A DNA stretch of 18,054 nucleotides from Octopus sinensis (Eukaryota). The translations under genes were made by a program, and so were the position numbers. The stretch is taken from NCBI RefSeq assembly GCF_006345805.1, contig NW_021824565.1, forward strand, positions 1-18,054, given 5' to 3'. This document shows, piece after piece, positions 1 through 8,987 of the stretch; position 1 is the first letter of the stretch; every line of letters begins with the position of its first letter. The notes beneath the pieces were generated by a model. It ran no database searches. It had not been told where the DNA came from and saw only the letters and a program-made list of their open reading frames with translations.

Positions 1-270
1 ATGGCTTAGTGGTTAAGGTGTTGCACTCGCGATTGTGAGATCGTTGGTTCGATTCCAAGACCGGGAATTGCATTGCATTCTTGAGCAAAGCACTTCATTT
101 CACATTGCTCTGCGATCATTTCGACATGTGACATGTGGCACCTGTACAGGTAATGTAGATTTGATGGAGGGAGTGAGCTTATGTCTACACAAACATTTGA
201 TCCCTATAAACAAATCATTGTTTGGTAAGAAACTGTCGGACCCTCATACGTCATCTAACAACAGAAGAGT
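1..270 (+). mobile_element. tRNA-derived SINE, family E (5' end at window edge)
   Basis: Box A-like TGGCTTAGTGG (2-12) and box B GGTTCGATTCC (46-56), followed by TTGAGCAAAGCACTTCATTTCACATTGCTC, which is shared with the copy at 3261. Ends in (TA)/(GT) microsatellite. Confidence 0.75.
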
Positions 271-335
271 ACATCATATATATGTGTGTGTGTGTGTGTG
301 TGTGTTGTGTGTGTGTAATATATATATATATATAT

Positions 336-576
336 CATACATACATACTCCCTCCCACGCACATACATACATATGCACACATACACACGCATTTGGTTGA
401 TGGAAATTGTGTGGTAGCTCATCATGTATGTATAATATATGCGTGTGTATGTGTGCATATGTATGTGTGTGGGGGGATATATGTGGGGGAGGGGCATGTT
501 TGTGTGTGTGTATGTGGGGGAATGGTATGTGTGTGTGTGTGATGTTTGTGTCAATGGTTACCTTCCACCACGGCTA
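336..576 (+). repeat. Direct copy of 2697-2933 (fragment of the fold-back family A SINE) sitting in a (TA)n tract
   Basis: Shares the non-microsatellite strings ATTTGGTTGATGGAAATTGTGTGG(T/A)AGCTCATCATG and TTTGTGTCAATGGTTACCTTCCACCACGGCTA with 2750-2933. Confidence 0.9.
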
Positions 577-771
577 TATATATGTATATATATATATACA
601 TACACACACACAAACGTGTGTGTGTGTATACATATACATAGAAGGGAAGAGGGGAAAAATAAGAAAGCTTCTGACATATATCTGTGTAAATACATTTATG
701 TTATGTATACATATATATATACACTATATATATATACACATGTATATATACATGCATATACAGGTGTGTGT

Positions 772-858
772 CATCATTATCATCATTTAACGTCCATTTT
801 CCATGCTGACATGGGTTAGACAGTTTGACCAGTGCTGCTAAGGCTGGAGGCTGCACCA
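772..858 (-). mobile_element. Family C retroposon 3' fragment with (ATG)n tail
   Basis: CATCATTTAACGTCCATTTTCCATGCTGACATGGGTTAGACAG...GGCTGCACCA matches the copies at 9316, 12409 and 13950. Confidence 0.8.
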
Positions 859-939
859 TGCATACATATACACACACACACACACATACATATATATGCC
901 TATACATGTGTGTACGTACATATATATATACACGTACAC

Positions 940-1965
940 ACATATGTACATAAATATATAATATACATACAGATACATACACATACTACACATATACATA
1001 AATATATAATATACATACAGATACACACATACATACACATATACATAAATATATAATATACATACAGATACATACCATACATACCATATACATAAATTAT
1101 ATAATATACATACAGATACATACACATACATACACAATCATAAATATATAATTACATACAGATGCATACCCTACATACACATATACATAAATATATAATA
1201 TACATACAGATACATACACATACATACACATATACATAAATATATAATATACATACAGATACACACACATACATACACATATACATAAATATATAATATA
1301 CAACAATACACATACACTACATACACATATACATAAAATATAATATACATACAGATACATACACATACATACACATATACATAAATATATAATATACATA
1401 CAGATACCTACACATACATACACATATACATAAATATATAATATACATACAGATACATACACATACATACACATATACATAATATATAATATACATACAG
1501 ATACCACACATACATACACATATACATAAATATATAATATACATACAGATACATACACATACATACACATATACATAAATATATAATATACATACAGATA
1601 CATACACATACATACACATATACATAAATATATAATATACATACAGATACATACACATACATACACATATACATAAATATATAATATACATACAGATACA
1701 TACACATACATACACATATACATAAATATATAATATACATACAGATACATACACATACATACACATATACATAAATATATAATATACATACAGATACATA
1801 CTATACATACACATATACATAAATATATCATATACATACAGATCATACACATACACACACATACACCTACATATACTATATATAATATACATACAGATGC
1901 ATACACATACATACACATATACATAAATATATAATATACATACAGATACACACACATACACACAT
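940..1965. repeat. 49-bp minisatellite, about 21 units
   Basis: Unit CAGATACATACACATACATACACATATACATAAATATATAATATACATA. The CAGAT anchor falls at 1546, 1595, 1644, 1693, 1742 and 1791 (exact 49-bp spacing), with more variable units on both sides. Confidence 0.95.
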
Positions 1966-2048
1966 ATATATGTGTATATATATATGTATGTATATGAAGG
2001 AAGAGATAGATAAAAAAAAAGAACACACACTCCCACCAACACCACCTC

Positions 2049-2049
2049 G

Positions 2050-2081
<32 letters not shown>

Positions 2082-2241
2082 ACTAAAAACATTACTAATT
2101 AACAAACACACCATCCGACACACACGCCAACCGTCCTATACGTTACTGCATTATGACATTTCCCACAGACACTTATTTACCGATTTGTACTTGTGGTGTT
2201 TGTTATCGCTGTTGTTGTTGTTATTGCTGTTAAAGTTATAG

Positions 2242-2278
<37 letters not shown>

Positions 2279-2410
2279 CAGTAGTAGCTACGAAGTCGTA
2301 AAAGTGGTTATAGTTAGGTTTGTAGGAGTATATGTAATAGTGGTGGTGGGAGTGGTGGTGGTGGTGCTGGTGCTGGTGCTGGTGGTAATTGTAGCAGTTG
2401 TAGTGATAGT
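2049..2410. repeat. Trinucleotide microsatellite cluster: (GTT)11, (AGT)n, degenerate (GGT)n
   Basis: (GTT) 2049-2082, (AGT) 2242-2287, GGT/GCT-rich 2340-2387. Confidence 0.9.
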
Positions 2411-2414
2411 AGGG

Positions 2415-3055
2415 GCAGGTATTGCTAGGTGGGTAATAAGCTGGCTTTGCAACCATGAGGTTTTGGGCTCAATCCCACCATACAGCACCTTGGGATCAAC
2501 GTCTTGTACTGTATTCCCAGGCCAACCAACGAAGTCGCAAGGATGTAAACAAACCCACACCAGTTGTCTAGCCGTGGCGGAAGATAACCACAGACACAAA
2601 CATACACACACACTCCCTTCCCCCACATACACACACTTACCCCTTCCCCCACATACATACACACACACACACACACTTACCCCCTCCCCCCACATACATA
2701 CATACACCCTTCCACACACACATACATACATATGCACACATACACACGCATTTGGTTGATGGAAATTGTGTGGAAGCTCATCATGTATGTATAATATATG
2801 CATGTGTATGTGTGCATATGTATGTGCGTGGGGGGAATATATGTGGGGGAGGGGTATGTTTGTGTGTGTGTATGTGGGGAAAGGGTGTGTGTGTGTGTAT
2901 GTTTGTGTCAATGGTTACCTTCCACCACGGCTAGACAACTGGTGTGGGTTTGTTTACATCCTTGTAACTTAGCAGTTCGGCAAAAAGAGGCTGATTGGAT
3001 AAGTACCAGACTTGAGAAAATAACTGGGGTCAAACTGTTCGACTAAACCCTTCAA
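2415..3055 (+). mobile_element. Family A tRNA-derived SINE, old, with an internal inverted duplication and 3' truncation
   Basis: Degraded head (2415-2537, ...AACCATGAGGTTTTGGGCTCAATCCCACC...CACCTTGGG). Core ATTTGGTTGATGGAAA at 2750. 3' part GTAACTTAGCAGTTCGGCAAAA...TTCGACTAAACCCTTCAA is colinear with the intact copies at 3482 and 16623. Confidence 0.8.
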
Positions 3056-3260
3056 TATCTCTTTAGCTTTTAAAGAATTATGCTTGGCTGCAGTCCATAA
3101 TGTGAAGTGGATGAAAGAGAAATATGCCCCTGGATAGGACAACAACAACCTGTCCTTGACTTTTAATGACCTGAACTTGGCTTCAATTTCAAGACTCTAA
3201 CAGGACCAGAGACAAATGATAATTTCTGGATAGGCCAACATCAGCCTTTACCACAGCAGA

Positions 3261-3472
3261 GGCTCATGGCTCAGTGGTTAGGGTGTTGGACTCATGAACA
3301 TTAGATTGTGGTTTCGGTTCCTGGACTGGGTGATGTGTTGTGTTCTTAAGCAAAACACTTCATTCCATGTTGCTCCAGTCCGCTTAGCAGGTAGAAATGA
3401 GTAACCCTTCGACAGACCAGGATTCCGTCCAGCAGGTGAGGGAATATATATACGCCATAGAAACCAGGAAAC
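3261..3472 (+). mobile_element. tRNA-derived SINE, family E
   Basis: TGGCTCAGTGG box A (3267), GGTTTCGGTTCC box B-like (3310), and CTTAAGCAAAACACTTCATTCCATGTTGCTC as in the copy at position 1. Confidence 0.75.
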
Positions 3473-3481
3473 AAGTTCTAT

Positions 3482-3885
3482 ATTACTCTTTTACTTGTTT
3501 CAGTCATTTGACTGCGGCCATGCTGGAGCACCGCCTTTAGTCGAGCAAATCGACCCCGGGACTTATTCTTTGTAAGCCCAGTACTTATTCTATTGGTCTC
3601 TTTTGCCGAACCGCTAAGTGACGGGGACGTAAACACACCAGCATCGGTTGTCAAGCAATGCTAGGGGGACAAACACAGACACACAAACACACACACACAT
3701 ACATATATATATACATATATACGACAGGCTTCTTTCAGTTTCCGTCTACCAAATCCACTCACAAGGCTTTGGTCGGCCCGGGGCTATAGCAGAAGACACT
3801 TGCCCAAGATGCCACGCAGTGGGACTGAACCCGCAACCATGTGGTTGGTTAGCAAGCTACTTACCACACAGCCACTCCTGCGCCT
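3482..3885 (-). mobile_element. Family A tRNA-derived SINE, full length
   Basis: Minus strand reads AGGCGCAGGAGTGGCTGTGTGG...GGGTTCAGTCCC...internal (TA)/(GT)...GCTCCAGCATGGCCGCAGTC...TGAAACAAGTAAAAGAGTAA. It aligns end to end with 16623-17020. Confidence 0.9.
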
Positions 3886-4074
3886 ATATCTTGATATTTT
3901 TAATCCCTTTTATCCTTACCCTGGCAGTATCACGGAATAAATTAACCAAGAGCTTAATCGATAGATAGACTCAGATTATAGCAGGAGACTCCCCTTGTCC
4001 CTCGTAAAGTGAGAGATGATTATAAGAGTATTCTGATGCAATAAAGCAGCTAATTCACGTAAAATAGATTTCAA

Positions 4075-4096
4075 AACAACAACAACAACAACAACA
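4075..4096. repeat. (AAC)n microsatellite
   Basis: Direct reading. Confidence 0.9.
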
Positions 4097-4409
4097 AAAC
4101 CAGGCTGATAAGGAGTTTTTGAAGAAAGACTTCCTCCTTCTCTGACGTGAACTCATCTGATAAGGAGTTTGAGGTCGACACTCCTGAATAAGAATGCACT
4201 GAATTTAGTTTCAGTTTTTTGTGATTGTTTGTAATTTTTTTTTTGTTAGGGAGTGGGTCGATTGGAGGGGGGGGGGGCAGTGGTGGTCTTTTGTTTGTTT
4301 TCTTCCTGCATTGTTTGGTAGAGAAATCTGTTGATAATCAATTAATAATGAACGATGGCCGATGGTGGGGTGGGGGGTGGAGGGGGCGCACAGATAGATT
4401 ATACTTATG

Positions 4410-4660
4410 TTGCATCTGGATATGTGTAAATATGTTCAGATGTGTGTGTGTGTATGTGTGTGTTAGTATGTATGTCATGTTGGCATGTGTGTCTCATGGT
4501 TACATATATACATCCTGGTATATGAGCAAGTGTGTATAAATATGTGAGTGTGTGTGTGTGTGTGTGTGTCTGTGAGTGCATGTGTGAGCATGTGAATGCA
4601 CGTGCATGACTGTATGTGTGTAAGCCTGAGTATATGTGTGTGTTTGAGTGTGTATGTATG
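4410..4660. repeat. Degenerate (GT)/(AT) low-complexity tract
   Basis: Direct reading. Confidence 0.8.
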
Positions 4661-4805
4661 CCGAGGTCAACTTTGCCTTTCATCCTTTCGGGGTCGATAA
4701 ATAAAGTACCAGTTTCGCACTGGAGGCGATATAATCGACTCAATCCCATCGTCTGTCCTTGTTTGTCCCCTCTATGTTTAGCCCATTGCGGGCAGTAAAG
4801 AAATA
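4660..4805 (+). mobile_element. Family B SINE, 5'-truncated, alternative 3' tail
   Basis: CCGAGGTCAACTTTGCCTTTCATCCTTTCGGGGTCGATAAATAAAGTACCAG core is shared with 9728, 9903 and the minus-strand copies at 15.2-16.6 kb. The tail (TTGTCCCCTCTATGTTTAGCCC...) differs from theirs. Confidence 0.8.
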
Positions 4806-4947
4806 TATATATATTATATATATATATTAATATATATATATATATATATATAAATATATATATTAGCATTTGCAGCATGGAAGGTGTTTATAAGCCCTTT
4901 AAGAAACACACAAAAACCGTTAGATTCACTTCAACATTTAAATTTTA

Positions 4948-4998
4948 TTTGCCAAAATATTTTCATCATTTTTAGTCAGCCACCTGATCACTGACAAA
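4948..4998 (-). ncRNA. Minimal type I hammerhead-ribozyme-like motif, G3:C8 variant core (left arm)
   Basis: Minus strand: TTTGTCA / GTGATCA / G GTGGC..ATGAT / GAAA / AATATT / T / TGGCAAA. Stem II is decayed. Confidence 0.45.
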
Positions 4999-5017
4999 AT
5001 TCTGTGCAGTACGGAAT

Positions 5018-5068
5018 TTTGTCAGTGAACAGGTCATTGACTAAAAGCGATGAAAATATTTTGACAAA
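5018..5068 (+). ncRNA. Minimal type I hammerhead-ribozyme-like motif, G3:C8 variant core (right arm)
   Basis: TTTGTCA / GTGAACA / G GTCAT..GCGAT / GAAA / palindromic AATATT / T / TGACAAA. Helix I has 7 bp; stem II is decayed. Confidence 0.5.
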
Positions 5069-5207
5069 TTAAATTTAAATGTTGAAGTCAATCTAACAGT
5101 TTTTGTGTGTTTCTGAAAGGGCTTATAAACACCTTCCACGCTGCAACTGTTTTTGTTCCAGCACACAATGTCAGATCAGGTCACTTGCTATGCAAGTACA
5201 TCTCCAT

Positions 5208-5306
5208 AATATATATATATATATCTCTTTAGTTCTATTTACGTCTTTGTGCATGTGTGTGTGTGTCTGAATGTGTATCTGTGTATGACTGTGTGTATGT
5301 ATGTAC

Positions 5307-5356
<50 letters not shown>

Positions 5357-5712
5357 TCTTTAGTTCTGTCTATGTGTGTGTGTGTGTGCGTACATGCACA
5401 CGTTTTAGTATCTTATAATGGCCACTGCATTATTCAGTAGCAATATGTTGATAATCAATTAGGGAGTATGTACTTAACGAGGGAGAAGATAAATGTATTT
5501 AGTAGGGATGTATTCGTATAAATGTGTGCATGTGTATGTATGTGCATAAGTGTGGCTTATACACCTGTCTTCATTTTTTTTTTTGGTTTTTCTGTAAATT
5601 TCAATTATATATATGTTTGCATGCATTTGTATACATATATATGCATGTGTGTGCATGTATATGTGTGTGCAGGTGTGTGTGTGTGTGTGTGACAGAGAGT
5701 GAGAAGGAGTGA
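5208..5712. repeat. Compound (TA)/(GT)/(GA) microsatellite region with short spacers
   Basis: Direct reading. CTTTAGTTCT follows a TA run at both 5227 and 5358. Confidence 0.8.
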
Positions 5713-5834
5713 TTAAGAGATATTATACATGTGTCAGCATGTACACACAATGCATATTTAATGTCACCGTGTTTACCTCACCAATATTTAGAATTTATTT
5801 ACCATTGTTCTTGCTGTACATTCATCGCTTCCAG

Positions 5835-5927
5835 CACAGTCAGGATTTTTATTATTATATGGACTAGCTGGCCCTGTGCCATCAAAAATGATGGCTAATT
5901 GCAGTATTTTATATGCGAATATGGATG
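5835..5927 (+). other. Candidate 93-nt internal coding exon (phase 1-1), unidentified
   Basis: Acceptor TTCATCGCTTCCAG| and donor G|GTAAAC. One open frame, xQSGFLLLYGLAGPVPSKMMANCSILYANMDx, inside a repeat-free island. No recognised homology. Confidence 0.2.
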
Positions 5928-6019
5928 GTAAACCAAGTTGACATACTTGTCAGCATTATCTGGTGGTTGTCTTTCGAGATGTGACATCGATCATCGTTTG
6001 TTACTGAAAGAACACTGGT

Positions 6020-6148
6020 TCACACATACAAGCATTCACATACTTCCCTTGTATATGCATACACATACACACACACATACTCACACAGAGTTGAAACGCT
6101 GTTTGATTTTTCTTTCCAGTGTTGAATGTTCACCATCCCACTTCCATT

Positions 6149-6179
<31 letters not shown>

Positions 6180-6245
6180 TTCACATACCTCCCTTTTACA
6201 CACAAACACACACACACACATATACTCACACAGAGTCGAAACGAT
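6020..6245. repeat. Diverged direct duplication, 145-bp period, CA-rich
   Basis: CATTCACATAC at 6033 and 6178; TACTCACACAGAGT(T/C)GAAACG at 6078 and 6223. Confidence 0.8.
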
Positions 6246-6333
6246 CCCACTACCAAGTTTGCCATCAACCCTTCCTTTCTCATTCATATGTTGAGACAGA
6301 GAAAAACACAAGAGTATTATTATAGTAGATATG

Positions 6334-6380
6334 TAAGGTGGCAAGCTGGCAGAATCATAAACACACCAGGTGGAATGCTT
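6334..6380 (+). mobile_element. Family B SINE head fragment
   Basis: TAAGGTGGCAAGCTGGCAGAATC...GGAATGCTT matches the reverse complement of 16270-16318. Confidence 0.65.
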
Positions 6381-6410
6381 ACTCTTCACTCTTTTACTTG
6401 TTTCAGTCAT
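6381..6410 (-). mobile_element. Family A SINE 3' tail fragment
   Basis: ACTCTTTTACTTGTTTCAGTCAT is identical to 3485-3507. Confidence 0.75.
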
Positions 6411-6595
6411 CATAAAACCAATGTAAAACCAGCTTTTGCAAATGTAATTCTTAGCAGAAGGTGAAGCTTACAGAGAAGGAATGCAGAAAAATCAAAATAT
6501 GATCTGTCTACAAAAAACAAAAAAAATACTGAACTGTCAGCAAAAGTGACAGAAAAGATAAACGAAAATGTTGCCAACCCTTTGCCAACCGAAAC

Positions 6596-6713
6596 CACTA
6601 TGCTCTGGTTGGCCCGAGACTGTAGTAGAAAACACTTGCCCAAGGTACCACAAAGTGGGGATGAACCTAGAACCATGTGGCTGGCAAGAAAACCCCTTAC
6701 AACACAGCCACGC
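6596..6713 (-). mobile_element. Family A SINE head fragment
   Basis: TGGTTGGCCCGAGACTGTAGTAGAAAACACTTGCCCAAGG...AACCATGTGG...ACACAGCCA matches 3770-3875. Confidence 0.8.
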
Positions 6714-6744
6714 CGCGAAAAATTTTTTTTTTTTTTTTTTCAAT

Positions 6745-6840
6745 TACAAGATGGTCACAGCTGGTAAGAGATTGTTTTTGATCATAATGTGAGGTCAATC
6801 AAAGCCGACCAGGGATTAAACAACAACAATAACAACAACA
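6745..6840 (+). mobile_element. Family D retroposon 3' fragment with (AAC)n tail
   Basis: ATGGTCACAGCTGG is shared with 14446 (AAGGTCACAGCTGG). TTTGATC...TAAACAACAAC resembles 17139-17210. Heavily diverged. Confidence 0.45.
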
Positions 6841-7369
6841 AAAAAAAAAAAACCTCGATTTTGTTTCAGGTCCCACAACCCAAATTCCACATGACTGAGA
6901 AGACAGTGAGGAGTGGAAGCGGAACACGAGATGGAAGAAAAAACTAGAGACAGAGAGAGAGGGGGGGGGGTTATTCAGAAATGGAAAGAAACATTATCAC
7001 TGCACCCACACACCCAACACCACCACCACCACCACCACCACCGCTTCAGCACTAACAGTAGAAACTGGATCAACAGGAGAGAAAGAGAGAGAAAGGGAGA
7101 GAGAAGATGAAGAGATGGCAGAGATGGATGCAGAGGAGGAAGAGAGGGAAGAAGCAAATTAATTCAACAACATAAATAACAAATGTAGTGCACGCAAGTG
7201 CAACACATGGACACACACACACACACGCATGCCACGCACGCATGCACACATTAATTGCAAACACATTATGTTGCCATTACCACCACAGCCATCATCATCA
7301 TGATCAGCATCATCATCATCATCATTGCCACCAATCATCGCAAACATTATTGCTGGCATCATCACCATC

Positions 7370-8165
7370 ATCATCATCATTAACATCATCTCTCTGACAA
7401 CTACCAACATCGCTATCACAACCACCACCACCATCGCTCTCAACCTCACTACTATCATCATCATCATCACTAACATCATCTCCCCGACAACTACCAGCAT
7501 CACTGTCACCACCACCACCACCATCACTCTCAACCTCACTACCATCATCATCATCATCATCACTACCATCATCTCAACAACTACCAACATCGCTACCACA
7601 ACAACCATCACCACCACCATCGCTCTCAACCTCACTACAATCATCATCATCATAATCATCATCATCATCATCACTAACCTCATCTCCCCGACAACTACCA
7701 GCATCACTGTCACCACCACCACTCACATCACTCTCAACCTCACTACCATCATCATCATAATCATCATCATCATTATCATCACTCCCCAACAACTACCAAC
7801 ATCGCTACCCCTACCACCACCACCACCACCTCTCTAAACCTCACTACCATCATCATCATAATCATCATCATCATCATCACTAACATCATCTCCCCGACAA
7901 CTACCAGCATCGCCACCACCACCACCATCACTCTCAACCTCACTACCATCATCATCATCATCATCATCATCACTAACATCATCTCCCCGACAACTACCAG
8001 CATCGCCACCACCACCACCATCACTCTCAACCTCACTACCATCATCATCATCATCATCTCAACAACTACCAACATCGCTACCAATACCACCACCACCATC
8101 ACCGCTCTAAACCTCACTACCATCATGATCATAATCATCATCATCATCATCATCATCACCACTGC
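7370..8165. repeat. Higher-order (CAT)/(CAC) minisatellite, 8 units of about 81-108 bp
   Basis: Anchor (C/A)AACCTCACTAC at 7441, 7531, 7627, 7735, 7836, 7935, 8028 and 8109. Confidence 0.9.
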
Positions 8166-8269
8166 CGCCAGCAACAACCTGACGGAATATTTCTTCTTAA
8201 AATGAGAGCAACAGAAATAAGATACTGTTGCTACTCCCAAAGTGATATAACAACAACATCAACAACAGT

Positions 8270-8810
8270 ACAGCATATTGACAACGCCACCACCACCACC
8301 ACCACCACCACCAAAAATAAAGACGTCACCACCACCAGCCTCTGTAATTAAGGTACTGCTAATAATAAAGATACCACCATCGCCACCGCAACCACCGGCA
8401 GTAACAGACATCACTGCCACCACCATCACCACCATCAGTAATACATGCACCACTGCCACCGACACCACCACCACCATCATCAGTAAACAGGCACCACCAC
8501 CATCTGTAATATATGTACCACTGCCACCACTATCCATAATAAAGTTACTGCCAACAGCAAGAGAAATAGACATTATCACCACCACCACCACCACAATCTG
8601 TAATTAAGGTACCACTACCACCACCACCACCACCATCATCAATAATAAATACATTATCACCACCAACACCACCACCACCAGTGCTACCACTACTACAACA
8701 ACCACCAGCTGTAATAAAGATACCATTGTCATCACCGCCACCAGAAAGAAAGATGTCACCATTACCAGTGCCACCAGCACCACCACCATTAATAAAGATG
8801 CCAGCATCAC
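8270..8810. repeat. Degenerate (CAC)-rich array with recurring CTGTAAT / AATAAAG anchors
   Basis: CTGTAAT at about 8342, 8504, 8599 and 8709, between CCA runs. Confidence 0.7.
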
Positions 8811-8987
8811 TAAGCTCTGCAAGATCACTTGATCTGCTACAAACAACAGCCAAAAATTTCAGATCATACCATTCAGTTCTTAAAAAAGACACAAACTGTA
8901 TCTGAAGGTCGCATCAGATAATGTAACCTAAGATACACCTAGGCTGCACTTATTTATATATATATATAGTTATATATATATATATAT

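Larger units (their letters stand above)
4870..5146. mobile_element. 277-bp palindromic element (138-bp arms, essentially no spacer) in (TA)n; candidate Penelope-like inverted terminal repeat or MITE
   Basis: The arms align without gaps with 14 mismatches in 138 bp, centred on 5008, with (TA)n on both sides. The palindrome is certain; the classification is inference. Confidence 0.75.

Noticed and set aside
1-70. Possible tRNA gene (also 3261-3330 and 8990-9060)
   Set aside because: A and B boxes are present but I cannot form a convincing cloverleaf, and each runs into a shared SINE body.
940-1965. Regular repeat array suggesting CRISPR
   Set aside because: Units are contiguous, with no unique spacers and no cas genes, in a eukaryotic context.
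222-2972. Long Cys/Val/Tyr/Met/Ile or His/Thr ORFs (up to 331 aa) here and similar ones across the window
   Set aside because: They are translations of CA/TA/GT repeats, which contain few stop codons. They are open in several frames at once and show no domain structure.
3069-3134. Short protein-like frame FKELCLAAVHNVKWMKEKYAPG* after a TTTAG acceptor
   Set aside because: Only 22 codons, no recognised homology, and further stops downstream; within chance expectation.
3476-3890. Possible TSD (CTATAT) around the family A SINE
   Set aside because: Too short and low-complexity, and it overlaps the uncertain 5' boundary of the element.
4105-4190. 14-bp direct repeat CTGATAAGGAGTTT, the second copy followed by a GGAGT/ACTCC stem, resembling a hammerhead
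   Set aside because: The core is CTGATAA with no compensating change at position 3, GAAA is absent, and helix I is not convincing.
5860-5927. C-type-lectin-like WTSWPC...YFICEY in an alternative frame
   Set aside because: It has an in-frame stop between the cysteines, C-x12-C spacing instead of the usual C-x7-C, and no upstream domain.
7159-8905. Mucin-like or Pro/Thr-rich ORFs
   Set aside because: They arise from trinucleotide arrays, are open on both strands, are interrupted by frame breaks, and lack a signal peptide or splice support.
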